Shown here: one piece after another, positions 26,265-35,703 of the stretch
Layout: the number at the start of each line of letters is the position of its first letter
How positions within the stretch are numbered: position 1 is the first letter of the stretch
IMG/VR virus record: IMGVR_UViG_3300033994_000436
DNA length: 64,000 bases
Source of the DNA: an uncultured virus (IMG/VR IMGVR_UViG_3300033994_000436)
Lineage: Duplodnaviria > Heunggongvirae > Uroviricota > Caudoviricetes
Strand: one strand, 5' to 3'
Made by a program: the position numbers and the translations under genes
The notes under the pieces: generated by a model
Told to the model about the DNA's origin: nothing
The model's input: the letters and a program-made list of their open reading frames with translations, nothing else
Database searches by the model: none

Positions 26265-27085
26265 TTCTTCAGTTGTTTGAGGTATTCTGCCTGAACATTG
26301 GCAGGCCATTCTTTGAAACTAATGGTCTTGTCTGTTACATCGTAGTTGGCGATCAGCCATGAAATGGCATCCTGCTCGTCTATCTGGATGGCCTGTTCTT
26401 GCGTCGAGGATGGCCCTGTAGCTCGTTTTGCTGTCAAAGCGGCGAAATCCATGCCGGAGTCTTCCCAGCGGCGTTGATTTAGCCATGTGGATGGGTGTGG
26501 AATGTATGCACCGCGATCCTTGATCCAGTCGTTGGATTGCTTGGCCTTGTGAAGAGCCTTCAGGATGATGTTGATTTCCGGCAGTTCAGCGTTAGCCCAT
26601 GCCGCCTCTGCGGTTCCTTTGCCAACCTTCTTTGGGTAAGAAGCCCAGAAAGAAAGAAATTCAGGGGAAACTTCTACTTTCTTCTTTTTATTGGTTCTGG
26701 TTCTTGGTTCATGGTTCTTGGTTAGGATCTGATCCGCATCTGATTTCAGATCCGTTCCAGAATCTTCCTCTGTAAATGACCACCGCAATTGGTTAGCCTT
26801 GCGTGCTGAATCGGCTTTTTTGTGATATTTTTCTATCTCCTCGTCGCATCGTTCGTGACGATAACCATCTTCTGATTTCAGAAAGAATTCAGATAAGATA
26901 TCAGATACGAAACTGACATGATCTCTCATGCCGATGAGACGGGCAACGCATTCTATATCCAAAGGAATTGGAGCCTCTGTCATATAATAGCGGTCTATGA
27001 GTCTGCGATAAATTAAATCTTCAGTCGGAGTGAGATGCGCCGTCTTTTTGACATAATCTCCAAGATGGAATGGGTAAAAGTTCAT
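26261..27085 (-). CDS. DUF1376/YdaU-family replication initiator
   Basis: MNFYPFHLGDY..TAHL...YRRLID.YY; C-terminal FWASYPKKVGK...IPHPSTWLNQRRWED. Confidence 0.85.
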   Translation of the reverse strand: MNFYPFHLGDYVKKTAHLTPTEDLIYRRLIDRYYMTEAPIPLDIECVARLIGMRDHVSFVSDILSEFFLKSEDGYRHERCDEEIEKYHKKADSARKANQLRWSFTEEDSGTDLKSDADQILTKNHEPRTRTNKKKKVEVSPEFLSFWASYPKKVGKGTAEAAWANAELPEINIILKALHKAKQSNDWIKDRGAYIPHPSTWLNQRRWEDSGMDFAALTAKRATGPSSTQEQAIQIDEQDAISWLIANYDVTDKTISFKEWPANVQAEYLKQLKK

Positions 27086-27088
27086 TGT

Positions 27089-27295
27089 TTACTCCTGTCC
27101 CTGTTTTAGGGCTTCTCCTACACGATCCACAATGTCCTCGCAGTGCTTGATTCCGGCCTTGTACCCAAGCGTGAAGGCGTGTTCAAAGCGATCCATGTGG
27201 TCGATATGTCCAGTTCCCTCTTTTCCAAGGTATCTAATGCCAAGGGTCTTCCACTGCTGTTTCCAGATAGGGTCTTTTTCGGTGTTGTTGCTCAT
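27089..27295 (-). CDS. Hypothetical protein
   Basis: ACACAC leader, 68 aa. Confidence 0.6.
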   Translation of the reverse strand: MSNNTEKDPIWKQQWKTLGIRYLGKEGTGHIDHMDRFEHAFTLGYKAGIKHCEDIVDRVGEALKQGQE

Positions 27296-27315
27296 GTGTG
27301 TGTTGGTTTGGTTGG

Positions 27316-27663
27316 TTAATCGACTACTGATGTTTTGGTGTTGAATGCGTCTGCAAGATCAGACTCACGCTCCATGATCAGGCGAGCGTAAGGTGCGCGG
27401 AAATCGTTGGACAACTTAAACTCCTCTTCGCCCATGTCCACGTTCAGGTAATAATTCCAGCGCAAGACTTCAAAGAGCATGGCAATGCCCATCTTGCGAT
27501 TAGAGTTGTTCCCTGCCCTGAATTCGCGAGCGAGCCGGACAAGGTTATTGTATACCTCTGGATTGCTGGAATGGAACTTCAGGAAGCGAGCGTAGATGCT
27601 GACATCCTTGGGTTCTGGTAGGATTGGTGTGAATTCTAGTTCACACTGCTGGTGTGTCTTCAT
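27316..27663 (-). CDS. Conserved phage protein
   Basis: FH..NPEVY...EVLRW...FKLSND..A.YARL pattern. Confidence 0.7.
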   Translation of the reverse strand: MKTHQQCELEFTPILPEPKDVSIYARFLKFHSSNPEVYNNLVRLAREFRAGNNSNRKMGIAMLFEVLRWNYYLNVDMGEEEFKLSNDFRAPYARLIMERESDLADAFNTKTSVVD

Positions 27664-27685
27664 TGGATTGATTTATGGGTTGGGG

Positions 27686-28288
27686 TTATACCGACATTTG
27701 CAGTTGTATTGTCTGCTTCTTGCCTTTGGCAAGATTTTCTTTCGCCCATAGTGGACGAAAATTCGTGTAATGATTCAGCTTGATGATTTCTTGTTCTGTT
27801 TTCGCAACGGATACAGGAACAATGTGGTCAAGATGCCATAGGGTTTTGTTTTCCCATGTCATTCCATCCTGAAATCTTTGTTCAATGTATGATTTGAATT
27901 TATCAAATGAGCATCCAAGTATCTTTTCAGTATTGCTTTTTTTAGGATACCCATCACGCCTTAAAGAAGTTCTTATTAATCCGCGAACCCTTGATGCTAT
28001 TAAAAATAAGTTATCAGTTTTTCTTTTTGTATTCCTATAGTTATTATATCTTTTATTTATGTGTGATCTGTTTTGATTAATATATTTAGTCCTTAATTGT
28101 TTAGCTTTTTCGGAGTTATGATAATCAGCGCAATTTTTTTGATATAAATCATATTGGGTTTTGCTTATCCACCTTTGACAATTTTTATATCGTTTTCCGT
28201 ACTGCCAAAAAATCTTTCCATCATGGCGCACATCTCCGCGCTTGTAACGATGCACAACGGCATCTACATTTTGAACAGCTTCAGTCAT
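27686..28288 (-). CDS. HNH endonuclease (start MTEAVQ)
   Basis: ILGCS...F.DGMTWEN...WHLDHIVP...NHYTNFRPLWAKENL.K. Confidence 0.85.
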   Translation of the reverse strand: MTEAVQNVDAVVHRYKRGDVRHDGKIFWQYGKRYKNCQRWISKTQYDLYQKNCADYHNSEKAKQLRTKYINQNRSHINKRYNNYRNTKRKTDNLFLIASRVRGLIRTSLRRDGYPKKSNTEKILGCSFDKFKSYIEQRFQDGMTWENKTLWHLDHIVPVSVAKTEQEIIKLNHYTNFRPLWAKENLAKGKKQTIQLQMSV

Positions 28289-28346
28289 AGTAAGAGTATG
28301 GTTGAGGTGAGAGGCCACTCGGAGCGTCAACTCCCTGTGGCTTCGT

Positions 28347-28781
28347 TCATTTAATACACTCTATTGGTTCTATGGCAATCTCAATCTTGGGAGTCTCGTC
28401 AATAGCGGCAAACCACTTTGATGCGGCAAGCTGCACTACCAGCGAGTCATCTTCCCAAAACTCATTAAGGCAATCCTGCACGCTAAACTTGACCAAGTTA
28501 TCCAGATCAGGCCGTTTTATGGCCGGATGCCTTCCTTGGTAGGTTTTTTTGCCGTTGAGTGAAACAGGACGCTTCAACACAAAGGCTATCGTCAGCTTTA
28601 CAGGATCACAGAACTTTTTCTTTGGGATGTGTGGCTGGGCATAGAACCTAATTACAGATTCATAATCCTTGGCGCGTTTTTCTTTGAAGAAAACTACTCT
28701 GCCGCCCATGCACATCGCCCGTTTGCCAGCCCCCTGCATGGAGGCTGGCGTTACGGGAACGATGAACGATATAGGTTCCAT
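28347..28781 (-). CDS. rusA: RusA-like Holliday junction resolvase
   Basis: KRPDLDNLVK...D.L...WEDDSLVV. Confidence 0.85.
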   Translation of the reverse strand: MEPISFIVPVTPASMQGAGKRAMCMGGRVVFFKEKRAKDYESVIRFYAQPHIPKKKFCDPVKLTIAFVLKRPVSLNGKKTYQGRHPAIKRPDLDNLVKFSVQDCLNEFWEDDSLVVQLAASKWFAAIDETPKIEIAIEPIECIK

Positions 28782-28975
28782 CAGTAGTTAGCCCAAATCT
28801 CATCAGCGCAATCAGCGCAACGATACTTGTTGTTGTTTGGGTTACTGCGGTCTTCCTTGACGTAGTAAACCATCTCGCCATCTAACACGCGAGAGCCAGA
28901 GATTGAATCTCCGCAATCATCGCAAGTGAAGATGTCGCGATCCTTAACGCCTTTCTTGGAAACTACTGCGCTCAT
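28781..28975 (-). CDS. Small zinc-finger protein
   Basis: CDDC...CADC. Confidence 0.6.
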   Translation of the reverse strand: MSAVVSKKGVKDRDIFTCDDCGDSISGSRVLDGEMVYYVKEDRSNPNNNKYRCADCADEIWANY

Positions 28976-28978
28976 CGT

Positions 28979-29260
28979 TTAAAAAGGAATGCTATCTGAG
29001 TCGTCCTGCGGCTGGAATTTTGCCTGCGGCTTACTGCCGGAGGAAACAACACGCTGTGGCGTTGCGCTCTTCTGGCGAGGCTCGCTGATGCTGACGCTGA
29101 ATTTCTCAACGCCTGCCTGAGTCTCACCCTTCCAGAGGCTGATTTCGATGATCTCTCCCTTCCACATCGCTTTTCCGCGATAGTCTGGGTGAGTGTCTTG
29201 GAGCTTGTAGTCGTTTGGAAAGATGCTCCCCTTTCCTTCTTTGTGTTGGTACTCGGCCAT
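28979..29260 (-). CDS. Putative single-stranded DNA-binding protein
   Basis: HPDYRG motif and acidic DDSDSIPF C-terminal tail. Confidence 0.7.
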   Translation of the reverse strand: MAEYQHKEGKGSIFPNDYKLQDTHPDYRGKAMWKGEIIEISLWKGETQAGVEKFSVSISEPRQKSATPQRVVSSGSKPQAKFQPQDDSDSIPF

Positions 29261-29280
29261 ATATTTTGTTGGTTGGTTGA

Positions 29281-29562
29281 TTAGTATACAGGATCTGTGT
29301 CTTCGTCGTCAGCACAATCTTCAGAATCTTCATCACCTTGTCCAAGGCTGAAAACCTCGTCAAAGGATTGGTTGAGTGCATCGAAAATTCCTTCTGCTAG
29401 GATCTCTCCGCACTCTTCTTCACTGATGATTCCCAAGGCGTGCAGAACTTCTGTCACCTGTTCGTTTTCAAGCGCATCACCAATTGCGGTGATGAAGTGT
29501 TCCTTCAGGGTTTCTGTAAGAAGCCTTGTGGCTTCATTAACTAGTCGTGTGTTTCTTGGCAT
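29281..29562 (-). CDS. Highly acidic small protein
   Basis: 93 aa, about a quarter or more Asp/Glu. Confidence 0.65.
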   Translation of the reverse strand: MPRNTRLVNEATRLLTETLKEHFITAIGDALENEQVTEVLHALGIISEEECGEILAEGIFDALNQSFDEVFSLGQGDEDSEDCADDEDTDPVY

Positions 29563-29575
29563 GGTGTGTTGTTTT

Positions 29576-30643
29576 TTATTTTGTGCGGGTCATGACAGGC
29601 TCGCCCTGTTTGTTGATCAGAAGATCGTGAACCTCCTTCTCAAATTCTTCTTTGGCAGACTTTCCCTTCAGCCCCTTGGCAGAAGAGTAAGCCTTTTCAA
29701 GCGTTGGTACGGAAACTTTGCAGGCGGCAAGGAATGCTTCCTCTCCAATGATGCCGGATAGCCTGCTGTGAGCCTCATGAAGGCTATCTAGGCTCCGGCT
29801 GGTGCGTCCGGCTGTAAGTTTGTATCCGGCGATTTCTGCGCCATCCTTGAGCCGTTTCTTGGCCTCTGCGCGGAGGTGTTCAATGAAAGATTCCACGATG
29901 GTGGATTTTTCAAGGAAGTCTGCCACCTGCTCGTTGGTAAGGCTTGGGATAATGTCGGCCTTGACTTCCGCGAGTGCAGTTGCCTCTGCCTGTGCCTCTG
30001 GGCAGATTGACTTGGCTCGGCAATACTTGCAGGCATCCGGCGAGGGGGTGCGTGGTGCATTAGGTGCAAGAGCGGCGGCTACAATGCCCTGTATTTGTTC
30101 ATCAGCGGCGGCAAGGTCGGCTTCGTCGTACTCCGCGATGGTGTATGGAGCGGCCATTGGCTGGATGATGGCGACATAAATCTTCTTCAGGTAGGGCAGA
30201 TTCTTTTTCACCAGAACGGCATAAGCCCGAAGCTGAAGGTTTTCTGCGGCATTACCCTGTGGGTTTCTACCAGTCTTCCAATCAACAACTAAGGCGGTAT
30301 CTCCGTGATGGTCAATGCGGTCAATTTGACCTGACCATGTGTCGCCATACCAGAGACGCTTTTCTGCCGTGACAAACTCCGGCTCGCCAAGGCCAAGTGC
30401 CTCGGTGATCTTTGCGTACTCTTCCCAGCAACGATTGGCTATGTGCTGTTCGTCTTCTGCGAGTACTGCCGTAGCGTGCGCTTGGGATGGAACTGCCATG
30501 TAATCATGGATTCTGTTCCCCATCTCGGTGTAAGCGTTCCCAGTGTCTTTAGGGCAGGTCTTCTCAAGCTGGAACTTTCCAGCGCAATCGGCGTAGCCCT
30601 TCATGCCACTGCCGGACATCTTGTCTTCGCGTTCGTCGGTCAT
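29576..30643 (-). CDS. PD-(D/E)XK Cas4-like exonuclease (DUF2800-like; start MTDERED)
   Basis: GQIDR...VDWKTG...QLRAYA...CKYCRAKSICP. Confidence 0.85.
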   Translation of the reverse strand: MTDEREDKMSGSGMKGYADCAGKFQLEKTCPKDTGNAYTEMGNRIHDYMAVPSQAHATAVLAEDEQHIANRCWEEYAKITEALGLGEPEFVTAEKRLWYGDTWSGQIDRIDHHGDTALVVDWKTGRNPQGNAAENLQLRAYAVLVKKNLPYLKKIYVAIIQPMAAPYTIAEYDEADLAAADEQIQGIVAAALAPNAPRTPSPDACKYCRAKSICPEAQAEATALAEVKADIIPSLTNEQVADFLEKSTIVESFIEHLRAEAKKRLKDGAEIAGYKLTAGRTSRSLDSLHEAHSRLSGIIGEEAFLAACKVSVPTLEKAYSSAKGLKGKSAKEEFEKEVHDLLINKQGEPVMTRTK

Positions 30644-30647
30644 CGGA

Positions 30648-31304
30648 CTACTTGTTGACGCTGAATTCAACGACCTGATCAAAGATTGTGACCAGACGCT
30701 CCTTGGCGGCATCCGACAGGTCTGCCACAAACTCCGGCACATCCTTCATGCCCTTGGATAGGCAGAACGAGCGGACATCCTCTTCGCTGACCTTGTTGGT
30801 GTCCATCATCGAGAAGAGCATGTCTCCGGCAGACTTTGGTATCTCACGCTTCGCCATGCCGACAAGTGGAACTTCCTTGGCCGGAATGACGGGCTTGGCT
30901 ATAACGGGCTTCGTTATGGCTTTGCTAGGCGTGCTGGCTACCTGACCATCCTCGTCATCCTCGGAAGCGATTCCAAGCACAGCGGCGGCGGCGTAGCGAC
31001 GAGCGTAGGTGATGGCAGATCCTGCTCCCTGTGCAGACTGATCGCGCATTGGTAAAAGCAGCTTGCTCTCACGGGTCTCTCCAGAGGTGTGGATGATGCG
31101 GGTGACAACTCCGGCCATGCCATCTTCAAAGCATGGCTCCTGTGATAGGGCCAGACCATACTTGGCGAGGATGGGGCGGGTTGCGTCGAGGATGGAATCC
31201 AGCGTTGCGAACTTCGATTTGAAGTGCGGGTTTGTGGCGTTCTTCGCGACATTGCGAAGTTCACCAAGGGCGGATACGAGGGCGGCGTTTAGCGTGTCTT
31301 TCAT
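30648..31304 (-). CDS. erf: ERF-family ssDNA annealing protein
   Basis: KNATNPHFKSKFATL...HTSGE...QGAGSAITYARRY. Confidence 0.9.
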   Translation of the reverse strand: MKDTLNAALVSALGELRNVAKNATNPHFKSKFATLDSILDATRPILAKYGLALSQEPCFEDGMAGVVTRIIHTSGETRESKLLLPMRDQSAQGAGSAITYARRYAAAAVLGIASEDDEDGQVASTPSKAITKPVIAKPVIPAKEVPLVGMAKREIPKSAGDMLFSMMDTNKVSEEDVRSFCLSKGMKDVPEFVADLSDAAKERLVTIFDQVVEFSVNK

Positions 31305-31379
31305 GTGTGTTTATGGGTTGGATGTGTGACTGACAGGAGTGTTTATAGGCGGTTGGGTTTTGGTGTGCAAGAATTATTT

Positions 31380-31898
31380 TCAGGCGGCTACAGGAGCCTC
31401 TGGAAGCCCCAGAAGCTCGCGGAGAAGGCGTGCAAACTCAAGCTCATCATCGCAAGAAAGCTGGGCCAAAGTCTTGGTTGGATAATCGCACCACTCTACT
31501 CCATTTTTCCATATCGCCCAGTAGCGGGGATTCTCGACTGATTTAGCCACATGACTTTTTGCTGGGTTGATCATGGCCTCAATGGAGGCAATATTCAATT
31601 TTGCACGCTCTATTGGTGTTCCGATTGCAAAATGAAGAACTCTGATAATCGTTTGGTCAGGCGCGACGAGGAGTAAAACTGAACCCCGTAAAACAACTTG
31701 CAGATTATATTTGGCAATCCCAGCGTTGGTCATGTCTTTCTCCTCAATCCTAGATGGAACCTCCCCTCCATACCAACCCCCAAGGGTTTTCCTGTTATTG
31801 AAATCCCTGACCAATGAAGTGGCGGAATCATGTGCCATTGCCTTGCGCGTATCGCGCTTGGATTTGGCCTTCGACAACTTTCTTTCTCTGTAATTCAT
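31380..31898 (-). CDS. Hypothetical early protein (start MNYRERK)
   Basis: ACACAC leader downstream of an operator-containing promoter. Confidence 0.55.
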   Translation of the reverse strand: MNYRERKLSKAKSKRDTRKAMAHDSATSLVRDFNNRKTLGGWYGGEVPSRIEEKDMTNAGIAKYNLQVVLRGSVLLLVAPDQTIIRVLHFAIGTPIERAKLNIASIEAMINPAKSHVAKSVENPRYWAIWKNGVEWCDYPTKTLAQLSCDDELEFARLLRELLGLPEAPVAA

Positions 31899-31938
31899 GT
31901 GTGTGTTGGTTGTGTGGGTTGATTTACTTTCCACAAAC

Positions 31939-31966
31939 AGAATAACCCAAACGTAGAGATACGCAA
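31939..31966 (-). promoter_or_regulatory. Early promoter with operator TAACCCAAACGTA
   Basis: TTGCGT-16 nt-TATTCT; motif recurs at 37533 and 38420. Confidence 0.65.
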
Positions 31967-32008
31967 CAACTTTTTTAAACTTTTTTTGCCTGCCCCTAGA
32001 ACCTGCGT

Positions 32009-32164
32009 TTATGCGGTTTCGACGGCCTTGACCTTCTTGGGTCTTCCGCCTTTCTTGCCGTTCGCCATCGCCGCTAGGATCTTGGCAGGGGTGCTTTTGG
32101 AGCCACCCTTCTTGCCAATGTCTGACAGGTGCTTCTTGAGTTTTGGAGTGAGTGTTCTAGGCAT
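32009..32164 (-). CDS. Small basic KGG-motif DNA-binding protein (51 aa)
   Basis: IGKKGGSKSTPAK..A...NGKKGGRPKK. Confidence 0.75.
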   Translation of the reverse strand: MPRTLTPKLKKHLSDIGKKGGSKSTPAKILAAMANGKKGGRPKKVKAVETA

Positions 32165-32165
32165 T

Positions 32166-32339
32166 TTATTTGTAGGTGTATGTGGTTTTGTTTCCGCTCT
32201 TGGAAGATACTTTCCCGTATCCTCCGCTTTTCTTGATCTTGTCCATATTGGCTCTGAAGACGGCACGATTTACGGGACGCTCCGCATCGCCTTTTCCTGC
32301 GCCTGTTCCAAACTGGTTTTTTGGTATTGCTTGGCTCAT
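32166..32339 (-). CDS. Small basic protein (57 aa; not in ORF track)
   Basis: MSQAIPKNQFGTGAGKGDAERPVN...; ATGA overlap with the upstream stop. Confidence 0.6.
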   Translation of the reverse strand: MSQAIPKNQFGTGAGKGDAERPVNRAVFRANMDKIKKSGGYGKVSSKSGNKTTYTYK

Positions 32340-33679
32340 AGAATCGGTAGGACTGCGGCTTGAACATTGGCGGCTGTTAGGACAGCGGTTCCAGTAGTTG
32401 CGTCTACAGGGACTCCAAGGGCAACGCTTCCAACTGGAGGGACAGCAAGAGTGCCTGTTAGGTTGCCAACATTGTATGAGGTTCCGCTACGGACATTTGA
32501 TGTAGCAGGGAAATCGGCTGATGCGGCGGCATCTACAAGAGTTTTTGTTCCACCAGTAGAAGTATAGAAGATGGCGACATTCGATATGGATGGAAGAAGC
32601 CGAACGGGGACTTGACCAATGGGACTCATTCCAAGAGGGCCAAACTCTAGTTCACGAACGATGTTGATAGAATTAACGTTGTTAGAACTGATTCCCGTAG
32701 CGGAAGTAATACCTGCTGATCCTAATCCAAAACCATTCCCCCTTGCTCTAGTAACAGACAAGGTTCCAGATGAAGTGTTAAAAGCCCCGACTCCTCCCAA
32801 TGTACCCCCAGTAACTATCCCATTAATATTTACTATTCCTGTTGAATTATTGTTAACAGCATAGGAACCAATTGCTCCTCCCGTGCAATTTCCAGTTATA
32901 TTCATCGTTGCTGATCCGATGTTTGTTACACAAATAACATTTTGAATGCTTTGGTTGGCTTGAATTGTTCCAACAATATTTATTGTTCCTGTGCTACTAG
33001 TGATATTAGCCATCGTTAATCCAAATGCCGAAGGAGTAATCATGTCAGCATTAATGGTAGTGGTTCCCGTAGTGTTGATACTGAGCATTTGTGATACTGC
33101 TCCAGCAACAAAATTGAGTGTGCCAGTAAATGTAGAAACACCAGTTCCTCCGATTTGCAAGGCACTTGCATTCCTTGTGTATGCATTTCCAGTTATTGTC
33201 ACGTTGCTTGTTGCCGCTCCAGAATATCCGATTCCAGAACCAGACGCACCCACAGTTGTTCCACTATTTATGTTTGCGGCATTGATCACGCACGTTCCGC
33301 TCCCCGAATAAGATATTCCAACAATCGTATTTGCTACAGAACTCCCATTTATATTTCCAGTAGAAGTAATGTTTAATGAAGAGTTTGCGCTTTGTACAAA
33401 TAACGCTGATGTAGTTCCTGCGGTAAGATCAACAAAAGTTATATTTGCAACCAAGTTGCCAGCATTGAATACACCGCCAGCATTTGAACTTGTGCTTCCC
33501 CCGTTAAAAGTAATTCCTGTTACTGCCGTTGTATTAAGGGAAGTTACATTTATGTCTTGGTTTAAGGTAATAGTAAAGTTGTTTGCCCAAACCGCATCTC
33601 CAGCAACAGGCACAACTCCACCAGCCCACGTTGCCGTGGCACTCCAGTTACCGTTAGCCTGTGCCTTGATGTTTGCCAT
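32336..33679 (-). CDS. Beta-solenoid adhesin-like/fibre protein
   Basis: GNWSATATW.GGVVP..GD start; repeated T.NITGN units; Gly/Thr/Asn-rich. Confidence 0.7.
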   Translation of the reverse strand: MANIKAQANGNWSATATWAGGVVPVAGDAVWANNFTITLNQDINVTSLNTTAVTGITFNGGSTSSNAGGVFNAGNLVANITFVDLTAGTTSALFVQSANSSLNITSTGNINGSSVANTIVGISYSGSGTCVINAANINSGTTVGASGSGIGYSGAATSNVTITGNAYTRNASALQIGGTGVSTFTGTLNFVAGAVSQMLSINTTGTTTINADMITPSAFGLTMANITSSTGTINIVGTIQANQSIQNVICVTNIGSATMNITGNCTGGAIGSYAVNNNSTGIVNINGIVTGGTLGGVGAFNTSSGTLSVTRARGNGFGLGSAGITSATGISSNNVNSINIVRELEFGPLGMSPIGQVPVRLLPSISNVAIFYTSTGGTKTLVDAAASADFPATSNVRSGTSYNVGNLTGTLAVPPVGSVALGVPVDATTGTAVLTAANVQAAVLPIL

Positions 33680-33897
33680 TAGAAGTTCTTTTCTGCTCTA
33701 AATGCGGCGATAGCAGACGATACAGAAGCTACAAATCGCGCATCCGCATCCTCGTTGACATTATGAGATCCAACGATCCTTGATGCTTGTGCCTCTGGAA
33801 CAAGTGCGCCATCGACAAACGGCATTGCGCTCACGCAAGCTGTAAGGGTTCCATCGGGAAGGATCGTGAATGACAGGGATACTTGTTCTTGGTTCAT
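33679..33897 (-). CDS. Hypothetical protein (start MNQEQ)
   Basis: Coupled to neighbours. Confidence 0.55.
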   Translation of the reverse strand: MNQEQVSLSFTILPDGTLTACVSAMPFVDGALVPEAQASRIVGSHNVNEDADARFVASVSSAIAAFRAEKNF

Positions 33898-33901
33898 GGT
33901 A

Positions 33902-34198
33902 TTATGGGATTGAAAGGGTATCTGTTGCGATTGCTCCAGCACTATACGTCAGGTCTCTATGAGCAACCTGTGTTGCTCCATCGAAGTAGTTAATCTGCGT
34001 AATGCTTCCATCCGTTGTTACGAATGTCCTGCGTGTGTATGGTGGCAACTTGTAGTTTGGGAAATTGGATACCGCAATATCTCCTGAGATAGGAAGTGAA
34101 CCAGAAATCGTTACAGAAAACGGCTGTAGAAGCCTCTCGTAGATACACGAAAGCCATCTGGGTGTTGTCCAATGTCTGCATTCGTCAGCAAAGCTCAT
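33902..34198 (-). CDS. Hypothetical, possibly structural protein
   Basis: First gene after a TTGACA element; beta-rich C-terminus. Confidence 0.55.
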   Translation of the reverse strand: MSFADECRHWTTPRWLSCIYERLLQPFSVTISGSLPISGDIAVSNFPNYKLPPYTRRTFVTTDGSITQINYFDGATQVAHRDLTYSAGAIATDTLSIP

Positions 34199-34281
34199 AA
34201 TTTCCCAAGCCTAGCACCCTTTTTTGTCAAATGCCAGATCGCTTTCACTTGTTTTGAAAAATTCAGATTTTCTGCTACTGA

Positions 34282-34518
34282 TCAACGTGCGGATCGTTTT
34301 CCAATACATGCCCACTTTTTACGGCTCAAGCGCAGTGGTGAGTTTGGATCATTTGCGGCATCGGGATGCATCTTCATCTGCCCTGCTGATCTGGCGCAAT
34401 AGGAGTCCCCTTTCTTTGTATGAGGGGCGATAGAGTAACCCTTTGCCCCGTAGCGTATAGTGTTCTTTCTGCCAGTATCTGGGTTCGTGATTACCTTCTT
34501 GAATTTCTTCTCGCTCAT
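34282..34518 (-). CDS. Conserved small basic phage protein (SYCARS motif)
   Basis: KGDSYCARSAGQMK...DPNS...SRKKWAC, widespread in aquatic phages. Confidence 0.75.
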   Translation of the reverse strand: MSEKKFKKVITNPDTGRKNTIRYGAKGYSIAPHTKKGDSYCARSAGQMKMHPDAANDPNSPLRLSRKKWACIGKRSAR

Positions 34519-34661
34519 TTTTTCTTAGATGTTTTTTGTGAATCCTTGATCGCCTTTGCAGTAGGTGCGCCCTTGCTTCCGGCCTTACGCATACGCTCCC
34601 CAGATCCTTCTTCAATACGCTTGCGTTTCATGTGGATATTGTACCAGAGTCCTTTTTTCAT
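34515..34661 (-). CDS. Conserved small basic phage protein (48 aa; not in ORF track)
   Basis: MKKGLWYNIHMKRKRIEEGSGERMRKAGSKGAPT; ATGA overlaps at both ends. Confidence 0.7.
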   Translation of the reverse strand: MKKGLWYNIHMKRKRIEEGSGERMRKAGSKGAPTAKAIKDSQKTSKKK

Positions 34662-34786
34662 TCTTCAGTTGGTTTGGGTTTGTCTTTCATAGGTTCATTC
34701 TTGGATTCTTCAGCCTCTTTTTTCTTCATCCAGACGTATCGGAGTGCCGCTTCGGTACACTCGTTTTCCTGCTCATGCGTTATCAT
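34658..34786 (-). CDS. Hypothetical 42-aa protein (start MITHEQ)
   Basis: ATGA overlaps at both ends. Confidence 0.5.
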   Translation of the reverse strand: MITHEQENECTEAALRYVWMKKKEAEESKNEPMKDKPKPTEE

Positions 34787-34953
34787 GGGACGATCAATGC
34801 CACGATTGCGAGGATTAGAAGCAATATAATGCACAGGACAAAGCTGATCCATAGCGGCGAGAATACCCACCACCATGACCATGCAATAAATCCAGCCAGC
34901 TTTGCGATAACAAGGATGATTGTAATCCACCCTGCAATTCCTAGTTCCTTCAT
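34783..34953 (-). CDS. Small membrane protein (56 aa; not in ORF track)
   Basis: MKELGIAGWITIILVIAKLAGFIAWSWWWVFSPLW...; WSWWWV.SPLW motif, two hydrophobic segments. Confidence 0.7.
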   Translation of the reverse strand: MKELGIAGWITIILVIAKLAGFIAWSWWWVFSPLWISFVLCIILLLILAIVALIVP

Positions 34954-35058
34954 TTTAGCTTTGGTTTGTATTTATTTGTTTTTGGAGATTTCAAAACCTC
35001 CGCCGCTGAACGAAGACCCTGTTTTTTACGCAGAGTCTCGTCAGCGGGGGGGAAACTT

Positions 35059-35349
35059 TTAGGCTTCCTTGTCATCGGCGGCGGGAACATCAGACTCCGG
35101 CGCAGTTGCGGCATCTCCCTCAACCTTGAGGCGTTCAAGCAATCCAAGCGCGATGGTTCCGCGCAGGGCTAGTTGCTGGATGCCGGAGATAAGGTCAACG
35201 ATGATCTCATGCTCGGTAACTCCAGCGATGTCGATTGCGGCGACAAGCTCTGAAATGGTCTGGGGCTTGGGAGTCTCAGCGGCAGGCGCATCGACGGGAG
35301 CCTCAGTAGGGAATGGAGTGACGTTTTCGGGTGTGTTGTTTTCTGACAT
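35059..35349 (-). CDS. Acidic hypothetical protein
   Basis: A/C-rich leader, biased codon usage. Confidence 0.65.
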   Translation of the reverse strand: MSENNTPENVTPFPTEAPVDAPAAETPKPQTISELVAAIDIAGVTEHEIIVDLISGIQQLALRGTIALGLLERLKVEGDAATAPESDVPAADDKEA

Positions 35350-35453
35350 GGTGTTTATTGGGTTGGTTGGTGATTAATTACGATAATGGTTCCAGACGAT
35401 ATATGTGCAATATCCAATCGCACAAGTAAGGATGAATAGATTACTGAATTCCA

Positions 35454-35702
35454 TTACATTTTGGCTTTCTTGATTTGGGGAGGCTTGCTGTTGGTGGCCT
35501 TTCCCTTAGTCGGCTTCATGACGACATTTTTGTCCTTGGGCATCTTGGGAGATTTATTTGCGGCATCAAGTCCAACTCTGATTTCCGGCGTTGAGAACTT
35601 CAGAGATGATGCAGATGATTTGTTTGTAACCATCGGAACGCTAATAGAATTAGTTTTCTGCTTATTAACAGCAAGTGGGTTTTTAGGATTGTAGTATCGC
35701 AT
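35454..35702 (-). CDS. Lys-rich hypothetical protein (start MRYYNP)
   Basis: Starts 1 nt after the upstream stop. Confidence 0.55.
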   Translation of the reverse strand: MRYYNPKNPLAVNKQKTNSISVPMVTNKSSASSLKFSTPEIRVGLDAANKSPKMPKDKNVVMKPTKGKATNSKPPQIKKAKM

Positions 35703-35703
35703 T

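Noticed and set aside
34787..34930. N-terminal half of the ORF-track 90-aa protein 34658-34930
   Set aside because: A different frame (34783-34953) encodes a recognisable WSWWWV membrane protein with coupled start/stop junctions.
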